A DNA stretch of 63,779 nt, filler included, from Octopus bimaculoides (taxonomy: Eukaryota): the NCBI RefSeq assembly GCF_001194135.2. It is 7 parts of 7 records of this genome, joined end to end, with 100 filler letters (N's around TTAATTAATTAA, not from the genome) between each part and the next. Parts side by side here need not be neighbours in the genome. Positions count along the whole stretch, not along the records: positions 49,382 to 53,976 come from NC_068997.1; positions 54,077 to 60,888 come from NC_068984.1; positions 60,989 to 63,779 come from NW_026378214.1; 4 more parts are not named here. One strand, 5' to 3'. The notes below the pieces were generated by a model, which worked only from the letters and a program-made list of their open reading frames with translations, searched no databases and was not told the origin of the DNA. Position numbers and translations under genes: made by a program. This document shows positions 49,915 to 62,078 of this stretch, piece after piece; position 1 is the stretch's first letter; each line of letters begins with the position of its first letter.

Positions 49915-50460
49915 TTTATCTTTTAGCGTTTGTTTGCTGCTGTCATTAGACTATGGCCATGCTGGAGCACCGCCTTTGAAGAAGCTTAGTTGAACGAATC
50001 AACCCCAGTATTTACTTTTGTCGAGCCTGGTACATACTCTATTGTTCTGGTTTGCCGATCTCGACTGGACACAAACAATTTCATCTGCTAGCATCTTGAC
50101 ATCCATTCTAACTTCACTCTATATTTATGTAATTAGGTGATATTTTTACGGTTTATTCAGGGAAGAAGGGGCTATGCCTGCAGCCCTTCGAAGGGCTCAA
50201 TAACCGGTGCATTTCGCTAAAGGCACCCATAATCCAGTTAGGGGTGTTAAACCGGACGACGGATTAAAGTCTGTCATCCCCCAAAAGGGATATTTCTGCC
50301 CATGACCTTCGACACGGATTCCATCCATTTATCAAATTTCACCTACAACCCGTTTGTCAACCCGATGTCACGACAGAAAAGAAAAACTCGTCCAAAGTAC
50401 CAGGCGTTAGGTTTTGAACCTTGCACCCCGTAGTTGGTAGGGAAGCGTGTTAACCACCCA
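49915..50460 (-). mobile_element. SINE family B fragments (3' part about 49915-50070, 5' part about 50330-50460)
   Basis: ggccatgctggagcaccgcctt and ttatcaaatttcacctacaacccgtttgtcaacccg similar to other B copies. Confidence 0.6.
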
Positions 50461-50910
50461 AACATGCTTCTACCCGGTTATCAATGGCATATTAATGGTC
50501 AATCGATAGAAAACCTGTGTCTATTGTACTCGGATTATCGTGTCTTACCTATAATCACTGATTCATCTGATTATAGCAGCAAATTTCTATTGACCAATAT
50601 GGAGCCGTGGGTTGGTGGAGGGGGGGGGGGGTTACTCGAAACCCACTGCATTGTTGTTATAAGGATGCCCACCACCGCCACCACTGGCATCATCACCACC
50701 TTCGCCACCGCCGCCGCCACAACAGTTGCTACTACCACCATCACTACCACCGCCACCACCACCGCCGCTGCCGCTGCGACTTCAGTTTCCATCAATACCG
50801 CCGCTACCACCACCACCAGGCGACAAAACACATAACAACGCAATGTTTGTATTAATTAACTCTACTGATTATAACAAACTATTACCTTGAATGGTAATGC
50901 CATGGTCGTA

Positions 50911-51008
50911 TTGAGTTCAAATCCCTCCGGGGATTGACTTTGCCTTTCATCCTTCTTGGGATCGATTAAGCAAAGTACCAGTCAAGTAATGGATCGATTT
51001 AATCGAAT
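50911..51008 (+). mobile_element. SINE family A fragment
   Basis: gagttcaaatccc..gactttgcctttcatccttc..aagtaccagtc. Confidence 0.75.
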
Positions 51009-51274
51009 ATACTCGTCCGCAATGATATACGGCCTTGGAAGACACAAGACCATTGTTGTTGGATAATTACTGCTGCATGGTCTGGTGGCGAGGATGAATA
51101 TAGGCGAGGGCGGGAAATATTTGAATAAAAGAAGGGTAAAGATACCGCTTGCTAAAAATCAAAGCGAAATCTTCAGAAAACCTCCAGTTCTACGATAAAT
51201 ACACACACGAGCAATGTAATGAATATCTTAAGAAATAGGTCTACCTTCAGATGGAATATGAAGGCAGCTAATGT

Positions 51275-51323
<49 letters not shown>

Positions 51324-51333
51324 NNNNNNNNNN

Positions 51334-51371
<38 letters not shown>

Positions 51372-51636
51372 GGCGCATGGCTCAGTGGTTAGAGCGTCGA
51401 GCCTACGATCGTGAGGTCGTGAGTTCGATTCCCGAATCGGGCTGCGTGTTGTGTTCTCGAGCAAGACTCTTTATTTCACGTTGCTCCAGTTCACTCTGCT
51501 GTAGAAACGAATTGTGACGTCACTGGTGCCGAGCTGTATCGGCCCCTATGCCTTTCCCTTGGAAAACATCGGTGGCGTGGAGAGGGGAGACTTGTATGCA
51601 TGAGCAACTGCTGGTCTTCCATAAAAACAACCCTAG
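51372..51636 (+). mobile_element. tRNA-derived SINE family C
   Basis: Head GGCGCATGGCTCAGTGGTTAGAGC (A box) and GAGTTCGATTCCC (B box) followed by a non-tRNA body gtgttgtgttctcgagcaagactc..gctccagttcactc. Confidence 0.85.
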
Positions 51637-52269
51637 GTTGTACGTGCGTCGGTGAGGCGACTTTCCGCCCAGACATGTACCCTGGAGGGGAACCTCTTAG
51701 GTGCACCCATGGTCATTCGTGATCGATGGAGTCGAGTTTCAAGAGAATTTCTATATATATGTATATACCCCATTGGCTCATATACGTGTACATACAACGT
51801 GGTGCGATTTGAAAGGAATATTGCTTCTATTTCTTGCGTAAAGACGTATTTCTCGTTGTCTTAAAATGTCTTGTTCTTTATGAAAGTTCCTTTTAGTTTA
51901 ATCTTATAATTCCCTTGGCTGCTTTCAGTTTGCAATTTATCCTTCTGTTTACCTGTCAAATGGGTCGGATTTATAAATAATCGATACAATGAATTTACCT
52001 GTTTGTTTCCTTCTCAAACAGCCAGGTAGATCCATTAGATCTGTCACGTGTAGAAACGTTGGAGCTCTCCCGTCCCCCATCTGTGTTTTCCCTCATCATA
52101 ATCTCTTCGCTTTGCTCAACTTCAATAAATACAAGCAAAAACACGTACACACTGATGTACACGACTGTACATGGTTTTAAAAAATGAATCCTTCTCCATT
52201 ATCTCCCACCTCCACTCGCCTGCATCTTTTCTTCATACCAACCGAAACCCGGACTCATCTACAAGCTAA

Positions 52270-52890
52270 TATTTTTTATATCGTGGTGGCCTTTTGTGAT
52301 TCCAAATCAAGGGTCATAATTCCTTTGTACGAAATTCTTCCACGACAGCCGTAAGACATGCCAATAGAATGTAACACTTTCAAGTCTCCAGTGGTGAAGA
52401 GTCCAAGCCATAATATTCCTTTCAGCCATTTCTGATGACTTCTGGGTTTGGTTCTCAACTTCTGGTGTGAATCCAGTCGGCAATTTGGCGCTGATGAGGC
52501 TATAATATTGCGTCGATTATATTAAAGTGCAAACGATGGATTCCTGTGGTGTAAAAAAATCTATCACTCTGATGAAGGAGGATGGTAAAAGTGTACGTGT
52601 GTGTGCTTCGATGCCGGTGACGTTCGCTTGTCTAGAACTTCGATGTCAGTGACAAAGTCATTCCAGCGGATGCCGAGGACTATGCGAAGGCAGAGCTGAT
52701 TGAATCGCTCAACGAGTAGAAGGTAATGCCGGTAGATGGCGTATGACTCTGAACTGTACCAGAGAGTGGTCAGAACGACGGCTCTGTGAACACTGATCTC
52801 GGTTCCTTTATGCAGTTTGTTTATCATTGCAGACGCTACATATATCAACATCACCACTACTTCACTGTTAGGGGCCTTTAATAAAGACTG
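52270..52890 (-). mobile_element. RTE/BovB-like LINE RT C-terminal remnant
   Basis: KGTEISVHRAVVLTTLWYSSESYAIYRHYLLLVERFNQLCLRIVLGIRWNDFVTDIEVL matches the RTE pattern K..VYRAVVL.TLLYG.E.W..ERFH..CLR.ILGI.W.D.VT..EVL. Confidence 0.85.
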
Positions 52891-53650
52891 TTTTGTTGTT
52901 ACTAATATTCAGGCGAGGATTCCCTCCAGCCTGAAGAATACTCTATTTTCCTCTCTATCTCCTAACAATTATGAAGATCTTGTTGGGTTAACTTCATGGC
53001 TGTTGATTAAATGGTGTGAAGTTTAGGTTGCCAGCTTTCCTACATTAAAACCAACTCCGAACAGTGTTTGATAAGCATTTATTTATACATGTGTACATCA
53101 CACTATTTATATAATTAGACAGATGCTTGCCGGAGCTGTATTGCCGTCTTCCAATAGTAAACGGACTTCATAGTTGAATTGATGGTAGGTAAGAATCGCT
53201 TCGTGTGAGTGGCAGTAAAATACTCTGTTCTTCATAGTCGACGATTCCTTTAACTTAGGGATCGAATAGCATCCAAAAAATGGACTTATTGTCTGTGTCA
53301 CTAATGTGTCTTCTTTTTTTTTTTCTCTCTCAAGTGTGCACGACTGCGCTTTCGCTTTTATAGCTTCCATTACGCGAGAACATTTGTAATCTTCGATAAT
53401 AAGGGGTGATATTGCTGTAAGACGATTGGTTAGCATTCGGGGTAGTCGTCTGATCTGGCATGGCTTGATCCGAGTTAGTAAACTTGAATTGTTTCGAATC
53501 TCGTCCTCGCTACAATCTTGTAAATGCCGTACCTACAGCTACCTTTAATTTTTCTAATTAAACTACAAAATAAATAATTAAAAATAAGAAACCCAACAAA
53601 AAATTAATTAATTCTTTATTTAAATGCATTTTTATTTTTAAAAGTGACTT

Positions 53651-53668
53651 TTTACTTTTCAATTACAG
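53651..53668 (+). promoter_or_regulatory. Predicted 3' splice acceptor of the DCX-domain exon
   Basis: Polypyrimidine tract tttacttttc followed by aattacag; exon would start at 53669. Confidence 0.55.
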
Positions 53669-53809
53669 ACTTGTTGGAGATATTATGGAAAACAAATTTG
53701 CATGCAGTATCTCACCGTTTCGGAGGTATCTTACATGGAAAAGATATCTAATACATTAATTTAAAAATACAAAAAAAATATATATATATAATAAAAACAA
53801 TTTGTTGCT

Positions 53810-53976
53810 ATGGTAGGTGGCGCAATGCCCATAGTTGCGCCAGTTTCACAACAGCCTGGTGATGTGGATATTTCAGAGAACAAGTACTCTGGTATCAGTA
53901 CCGATAATCATTATAAGGACCAGAGAAAACCCCACCGTGTGAAGTTCTTTGTGAACGGAGACCGTTTTTTCAAAGG
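53810..53976 (+). CDS. Doublecortin (DCX)-domain protein, DCLK/DCX-like; partial first coding exon, 3'-truncated by a gap
   Basis: MVGGAMPIVAPVSQQPGDVDISENKYSGISTDNHYKDQRKPHRVKFFVNGDRFFK(G). The end matches the start of the first DCX repeat (DCX/DCLK: KAKKVRFYRNGDRYFKG). ATG in strong context (gctATGG), upstream acceptor present. Paralogue identity cannot be fixed from 55 residues. Confidence 0.8.
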
Positions 53977-55486
53977 NNNNNNNNNNNNNNNNNNNNNNNN
54001 NNNNNNNNNNNNNNNNNNNNTTAATTAATTAANNNNNNNNNNNNNNNNNNNNNNNNNNNNNNNNNNNNNNNNNNNNATTCTTTTACACGAAAGAAATTAA
54101 GACATTTCATATCAGAAGGCTAATCTTATCACCGACTCTAAAATAAATATCTAGAAATTACCCCTCCCCACCACATACACGCAAAAAATATTTACAGGAT
54201 TAAAAAAGAAAAGGAAAAGAAAAATATCAAAATCTACGGTAAATGCTCACAACTGTCCACTTTATCGCCGGAAAATTTTTTTGACCCCTATTTTGAAATT
54301 GTTCATCCTAAAATCTTCAAGAAAACAAAATGTATCCTAAGGCTACGAAATTTTCGACTAATTTGCAATTATGTTTTTAAGGAAACATTTTCTTTATTTA
54401 TAATTTCAAACTGTCTCTGTGACCCTCATTTCTATCTATCAAGATCCCCTATCCATTGTAGGCAGTGATTGGTTTACAGATTTCCTTTACTCTAAACCCT
54501 CGACCTGGTCGTTTGATGTCAGGAGATATTTTGCGTATGAAACCTTAATAGCAGAACCTCTTCTCTCGGTGTAATTACGATGAGCCTAATTAAAGCAACA
54601 GACATTTGCTATTGAGAAAAAAAATGTAAAATAACAGCTTTTCTGGCCTTCTATTAAACAATCTTGTTAAGAATTATGCTTCACTACCCTCATTCTTTTG
54701 CAGATTTCGAAATTACTCGTCAAGCTCCTTACCTACAGCTTATTCTCTCAACCCTGTTCTGCTAAATCTCGCACTTGCAGGCTGTTAGTGAAGATCCCCT
54801 ATTTTTAAAACAACCGAGCATTTCTTAATTTTATTTTTCTAAGATCAATCGCTAACCTTTCTTTCCATTCTACCAGCTTACCCCATTCTTTTTTTTTTTC
54901 ACTTTACCTCCACTTTACTTTCGACTGATGTTATGTTTCCATTAATTGCTTTGTTTTTGTTTCATTTTTCATACTCTGAATGTGGTCTTGACTACCAAAT
55001 TCCTACGATGCCTGGTCATTGACACAGAAACATCGACAAGAGTCTCCCAAAGATAAATTCTTTATTTATTTACTGGTGACGTATAATGGATGTCGATATT
55101 TGCTTTGTGTTTTAGAAACGGAGACAATTGCGTTTTGCCAAGGCTTTTGTTACAGCAATTGTAATTAGAAGCGATTTTTGAAAGAAGACATGATTCAAAG
55201 GTTCTCAACAGAACTACCACAACCACTATCACGACCATTACACCACTTTCACCACCATCACCACCACTACCACCGCCGCCGCCGCCGCTATCACAACTAT
55301 CACCGCTATCACCATAATGCTTTTCACCTCCCACTACTTCGCGAAAGATCGCGACTACCACCTCTACCACAATAACCCTCCACCTCCTTCACCTCGAACA
55401 CCATTAACACCACGCCTTTACTCCTGAACATTGACCTAGCCTCCTACACCTATCACCTTCGCTACCACTAACAACAATAACAACAA

Positions 55487-55501
55487 CTACTGCTGCTGCT
55501 G

Positions 55502-55547
<46 letters not shown>
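55487..55547. repeat. (GCT)n(ACT)n microsatellite
   Basis: Directly visible. Confidence 0.9.
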
Positions 55548-55908
55548 AGCAACAAAAAAAATCACACACCAATAATAACACCACCATCTTTACGCTAAAA
55601 CGTCACAGCGACCATCATCACCACGACAACAGCAGTAACAAAACCAGGAACAAGTACAACACTCACCACAACGACAGCAGCCATTTATAAATGAGGGAAA
55701 AATTAAAGTGAGGTTCAAGTACATTGCTTTGCTCTTTCCTTCTTTCATTCTCTCTCTTCCTCCCTTTCTTTCTTTCCTTCTTTCTTTCCACCTTTCTTTC
55801 TCTCTTTCTTTCTTACTTTCTTTCGTTTTCAATTACTTTTTCACTTCTAATTTTTCTTTCTATTTCTTGCTTCTCTTTCTCTCTCTCTCTCACGCTCTCT
55901 CTCCCTCA

Positions 55909-55946
<38 letters not shown>

Positions 55947-56133
55947 ATTTATATATATAGAGAGAGAGACAGAGAAACAGAGAGAGAGAGAAAGAGAGAG
56001 AGGGAGAAAGAGAGGGAGAAAGAGAGAGAGAAAGAAAGAGAGAAGTGAAAGAGCGTATATACACACATGCACATATACATATGTGCGTGCGCACGCATGT
56101 GTGTATGTGTGTATGGCGTGTATGTATGTAATA

Positions 56134-56166
<33 letters not shown>

Positions 56167-56179
56167 TTCCTATTACATT

Positions 56180-57590
56180 AGGACTTCCTCTTTCTTGCTA
56201 TCGCTACGTTTTGCCTGTAACATCTCTGTCACTCTCTCACTATCTTTTTGTCTCTTTATCTCTCCCCTCTCTTTCCCAATTTACTCCTCACTTCTTTCCT
56301 CCCCCTTATCCTTTATACTTCTCTCTAATTTTACTACTTTCATTTTCACTTTCACTCTTGTTTTGCTTTCAATTTATTTTTTGTTTTCTCTATTAATCTT
56401 CCTCTCCCCAACCACCTTTTTTTACAAACCTTTCCTTTCGGTCTATTTTCTTTTTTGGTTTTTTTTTGTCTTTCTTCATTTTAACCCCTCTTTTCTTTCA
56501 ATCCATTCTCTCTATTTACTATTTCTCTGCCTATCTCCTCTCATCAGTTTTATCTCTCTCTCATTTCCCTATCTTTATTCTCATTTATTTTTCTCATTTC
56601 TTTTCTTCATATGGCTCCTCTTCACTTTTTTCTTCACCGGTTCATTCATACTCTTATATTTCTTTTATATTTTATTTGTTATATTTCCTTCCTTTTTTTC
56701 TTTCCTTCTACTTTCATTTCACCATTTCCATTCTTTCCCTTTTCTTTCATTTCATTCATGTAATTATTCTTTCACTCTTTTCACAGTTTTCACAATGTTC
56801 TTCCTGCTTTTTCTACACGTTCTCCTTCCTTCATTTTTCCTCCAATATTTCAATTTTTCTTCACATTTTCCTTCTATCTTTTCTTTCCATTGTCTTTTCT
56901 ATTTTTCTTCACATTTTGCTTCTTTTCCTTTTTCACATTTTTTCTCTTCATCTTTTCATTAAATTATCCTTCCATTTGCATCTCATTTTCATATATTCTC
57001 TTCATATTTTAATCCCTTCCCTTTTTAGCTTCTTTCTTTCATCTTCCCATCACATTTTCCTTCTTTTCTTTTTCATATTCTTCGTTTCTATCTTAACATT
57101 TTCCTCTCCATTTCCTTCTTTTCTATACTTTCCTTCTTTCTTTTCGTCAAACTTTTCTTTTCTTCACGTTTCCCTCCATCTTTTTTTTACATTCTTCTGT
57201 ACTTTTTCACATTTTCCCTTCCTTCACATTTTCCTTCCATTTTTTCACGTTTTCTTCATTTTCTTCACGTTTCTTTCTTTCTTTTCTTCATTTTTTCCTC
57301 CTTCATTCACATTTTTCTTTCTTCCTTCTTTCACATTTTTCTTTTCAAGATATTTCTCACATATTTCCTTCATTTTTCTTACATTTCCTTCATTTCTTCA
57401 CATTTTTCTTTTATGCTTTTATTCACATCTCTACTTTCATTTTCACTTTTATCTTTTCTTCGTTTCTTCATTTTTCCTTCAGTCTTTTCTCCTCTTTTTA
57501 TATTCACTCTCTTTTTACGTTCGCCTATATTTGTTTTGTTATTCCTTTCCCTTTCTTTGCCTCTTTTCTTTCTCTTTCTGCGTCTTTCAG
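56180..57590. repeat. About 1.4-kb pyrimidine-rich low-complexity tract
   Basis: Very few G on +; recurrent TTCAC(A/G)TTTT motif. Confidence 0.85.
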
Positions 57591-57798
57591 TGAGAGTGAA
57601 GGAAGCGCTTTGATTTAATACGACGCCTTCACACTGGATCGCTTCTCTTAACCAAGTTCTAGATTTATGTTTTTTATGAATCAGTCTTTACTACTGTGAA
57701 CCCTTCTTCCTGCTTCCGTGTATGTAGTGGTTGAGGGGGGAAGGGTATATGTGTATGTATGTGTGTGTTTATTTTCGTGTGTCTGTGAATGACCGCTA

Positions 57799-57799
<1 letters not shown>

Positions 57800-57837
<38 letters not shown>

Positions 57838-58139
57838 AGTGTGTTTTACTTGCGTGCATATATGCGTACATAATTGCTTGAGTCCGTGCAATAGATGTCC
57901 GCTCATGTATGTGCGTGCGAGCGTCCCTTTGCGTGCGCGTATGCGTGTATTTGTGTGTGTGTGCGTGTGTATGTGTGTGTGTGTATATGCATTTTCTTAT
58001 GTGCGCACGCGCACGTGCATATGTATATACATACGTATATATTTGCTTGTGTCACCGCGTAGAGATCCGATAATTGTGTGCACATGAGCATATGTATATG
58101 CATGTGTGCGTATTTATATATGTATGTATGCGTGCATAG

Positions 58140-58182
<43 letters not shown>

Positions 58183-58252
58183 AGATAGATAGATAGATAG
58201 ATAGATAGATATATAGATAGATTGATTGATAGACAGATAGAACGATATATAT

Positions 58253-58313
<61 letters not shown>

Positions 58314-58605
58314 NNNNNNNNNNNNNNNNNNNNNNNNNNNNNNNNNNNNNNNNNNNNNNNNNNNNNNNNNNNNNNNNNNNNNNNNNNNNNNNNNNNNNNN
58401 NNNNNNNNNNNNNNNNNNNNNNNNNNNNNNNNNNNNNNNNNNNNNNNNNNNNNNNNNNNNNNNNNNNNNNNNNNNNNNNNNNNNNNNNNNNNNNNNNNNN
58501 NNNNNNNNNNNNNNNNNNNNNNNNNNNNNNNNNNNNNNNNNNNNNNNNNNNNNNNNNNNNNNNNNNNNNNNNNNNNNNNNNNNNNNNNNNNNNNNNNNNN
58601 NNNNN

Positions 58606-58645
<40 letters not shown>

Positions 58646-58646
58646 T

Positions 58647-58687
<41 letters not shown>

Positions 58688-59466
58688 AATATATATGCTT
58701 GTATAAGGATAATGTGTATGCGTGCGAGCGTATATGCGTATATACAAACGTGTATACATGAATATATATATAACATGTATATATATATTTGCCTTTGCCT
58801 GTACGTAGATGTCCAATAATGTGTGTATGTGTGTTTGTGTGTATGTGTGTATATGATTGTGCGTGCGTGTGTGTATGTGTGTGTCTGTATGTGCGCGCTT
58901 GCCTGCATGCGTGCGTACGTACGTAAATGTATGTGACACCGCATGCGCACACGCACACACGTATGAACACCACGCACGCACGCACGCATACAGAAATATA
59001 TACGAATACGGACACACATAAAGACACGAGCATTTTGCGTTCGTGTGGTGCGGCTCCGGCGCAGGTCCTACTATGATTAATGTATGGAACAAGGAAATAG
59101 AGCTAAATAGCATGGACTAGTAAAGGTCTTTGCCTCGTCTGTTGCTGGCGGGTGGTCATTGTAAACAGGACCCGCTACTTTTCAGGTCTTGGCTTCTCGG
59201 TTTCACTCACCCGCCTTCCTCTTCTTCTTAACAAATACGGGTCACAGCTGCTTCCCTCTCCCTGCCCTCCTCCCCACGCTTTCTTTGCAGCTATCTCCCC
59301 CCTCTCCCTAGTTATTTCATAATATTTCTTTCTTTCTTTCTTTCACTCTCCCATTCTATTTCTACATCTCTTCCCTCTCTCTCTCTCTCTCACTTAGTTT
59401 TTCTATCTCTGTTTCTCGCTTTTAATCTCTCTTTGCTTGGGTACAGCATACATGCACACACATATA

Positions 59467-59516
<50 letters not shown>

Positions 59517-60072
59517 NNNNNNNNNNNNNNNNNNNNNNNNNNNNNNNNNNNNNNNNNNNNNNNNNNNNNNNNNNNNNNNNNNNNNNNNNNNNNNNNNNNN
59601 NNNNNNNNNNNNNNNNNNNNNNNNNNNNNNNNNNNNNNNNNNNNNNNNNNNNNNNNNNNNNNNNNNNNNNNNNNNNNNNNNNNNNNNNNNNNNNNNNNNN
59701 NNNNNNNNNNNNNNNNNNNNNNNNNNNNNNNNNNNNNNNNNNNNNNNNNNNNNNNNNNNNNNNNNNNNNNNNNNNNNNNNNNNNNNNNNATATACATATA
59801 CATACATACATACATACATATATCTATACATATATATTCATGCAGATATATAAATACATACGTACACACACACACACACTCACACACATGCACACACACA
59901 CACACACATGCACACACACACGCATACATATATCCACACACGCGCACACACTCACGTACACACAGACACGCACGCACACATGCTTGCACGCGTTCAGGCT
60001 CGCGCTCTCTCAAAACAACATACACACTCCTTAACTCACAAGCACACTTCTGTCTACCCTCCTTATCTTTCG

Positions 60073-60128
<56 letters not shown>

Positions 60129-60560
60129 TGTATGCGCACACACACATACACTCACGCACACACAAGCAAATATGGTTACGCATGCTTACAACCGCAGGCC
60201 CGCACACGTTTTCGCAGAAGAGTATACATGTAAAAATACACAGATCCATGTGTGCAGATACATATACAAATCTGAAGCTACAGAGAGCGCGTGAGAGAGG
60301 GAGAGAGATGGAGGGAGGGAGAGGGAGGAGAGAGAGGGAGTTGAGGAAGAGAGTGGTGGGAGAAGGAGGGAGAAAGAAAAACATGCGCAAACATACATAC
60401 AAATGCAATACATGCACTCGTGTTGAGAGAACTACTCCCCTTTATTATATATTAAAAAAAATTTTTTGTTATGTATTGCTCAACTGCATGCACTCGCACA
60501 CACACACGCACACACACGCACATACACACACTCACACATACAGACACACACACACACACA
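57800..60560. repeat. Dense field of compound (TG)/(CA)/(TA)/(GATA) microsatellites with gaps
   Basis: Directly visible; accounts for all ORF-track calls here. Confidence 0.85.
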
Positions 60561-61433
60561 CACAGCTTCACGCGCCTCAATCTTTCGTCGTTCCTCTCTT
60601 TCTCAGCAGCCCTCTCTTTCTAAAGCATCCTCCCATTCTCTCCCTTCGCCCTCTCTCTGTTTTTTTCTTCTCCGTATATACATCTGTCTATCTATTTCTA
60701 TTTCATTCACTTATATGTAAAATACACTGGCAAAAGCAAGCAAACATTTCGTGGGAATACGATATAGAAGAGAACCTCTGTCTTTAAAAGCACTTAGTTA
60801 TCAGAGGTTTGGGGCTTGTTTTGTTTTTACCCACTTATTCCTTTCCTGTTCTGTATCATTTGTATTATTTTTCTTATTTTTCTCTTGTNNNNNNNNNNNN
60901 NNNNNNNNNNNNNNNNNNNNNNNNNNNNNNNNTTAATTAATTAANNNNNNNNNNNNNNNNNNNNNNNNNNNNNNNNNNNNNNNNNNNNATATATATATGG
61001 ACTGCATTTGTGGTGTATAGTGATAGGGATGTGTGTTTTGTCCTCATCTGGTCTGCACCGAAGGTCAGGGTTGTAGTCCTATCACTTTTTCCATATGGGG
61101 TGCGAAACCGCACTCAATTTTCTGGAGTTCCTCCTGTTCAATACATAATCCACTGGTAATCCGCCAGGTATACCTGAAAACAGTGGCCGGCACTTAAGAA
61201 ATGCAGTCAGACTGACGGACAGACAGTCTGACAGGTGGGCGTTCTGTCGCTGTGTCGGCTGCTCGGTTGAGGCAAGTGATAGGTAGATAGGTAGGGCCGG
61301 CTTGCAGGCAGGTACGTAACACCAGCCGGGTATACATATTTGAACACCTTAAAGGAGGGTGGATCCTTTTTTGCTGCACGTGTTGTTTTATACACGGCAC
61401 CGGCTAAGTGCTAGAAAATAAATTTTACTATTA

Positions 61434-61478
<45 letters not shown>

Positions 61479-61834
61479 CACAGGTTTGCGCGCGCATTGA
61501 GATATGTACATACAGGGCATGAAATGTAAGAGAGTGTGAATTTAGATTAACATATATACACATACACACATATATATATTCACATATATCCACATATATA
61601 GTTATATACAAATAAGTATGAAGACGGACAAAGAGCGGTCGAGAGGAATAAGGGTATATATATTTATGTATATTGTGTATGTGTACATAAATGTGCATAT
61701 ATATACACGCATTGCAAAGATTATCTGGAACTCGACCGAGGAAAGAAAACTCCGAATCACCTGTCCTTGTTTTTTCTTGTCCCATTTTTGTATCATCTAA
61801 CTGTTTGGATGTTTTGCGCTCTTGTCCCATTTTT

Positions 61835-62078
61835 TGTGGTAAGTAGCTTGCTTACCAACCACATGGTTACGGGTTCAGTCCCACTGCATGGCACCTTGGG
61901 CAAGTGTCTTCTACTATAGCCTCGGGTCGACCAAAGCTTTGTGAGTGGATTTGGTAGACGGAAACTGAAAGAAGCCCGTCGTATATATGTGTATATATAT
62001 ATGGGTGTGTGTGTGTGTATGTTTGTATGTCTGTGTTTGTCCCCCTAGCATTGCTTGACAACTGATGCTGGTGTGTTT
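61835..62078 (+). mobile_element. SINE family B, well-preserved 5' part running into a gap
   Basis: tgtggtaagtagcttgcttaccaaccacatggttacgggttcagtcccactgcatggcaccttgggcaagtgtcttctactatagcctcgggtcgaccaaagc. Confidence 0.9.

Noticed and set aside
50607-50843. His/Thr/Ala-rich ORFs (similar at 55062-55375 and 27680-27950)
   Set aside because: Degenerate trinucleotide low-complexity tracts with no splice or domain support.
51372-51445. tRNA gene
   Set aside because: A and B boxes are present, but there is no proper acceptor or anticodon stem and it continues into a SINE body; treated as a SINE head.
54021-54032. TTAATTAATTAA as a biological motif or PacI site cluster
   Set aside because: Always centred within fixed-size N runs; an assembly placeholder.
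56141-57593. Long F/S/L-rich ORFs (273 and 375 aa)
   Set aside because: Open only because the pyrimidine tract rarely forms stop codons; no domain and no frame periodicity on either strand.
61026-61075. Resemblance to the 7SK 5' stem (GGATGTG, ATCTGG.CTGC, CAGGGTTG)
   Set aside because: Lacks the paired GATC motifs, the 3' terminal hairpin and a T-run at a suitable distance.
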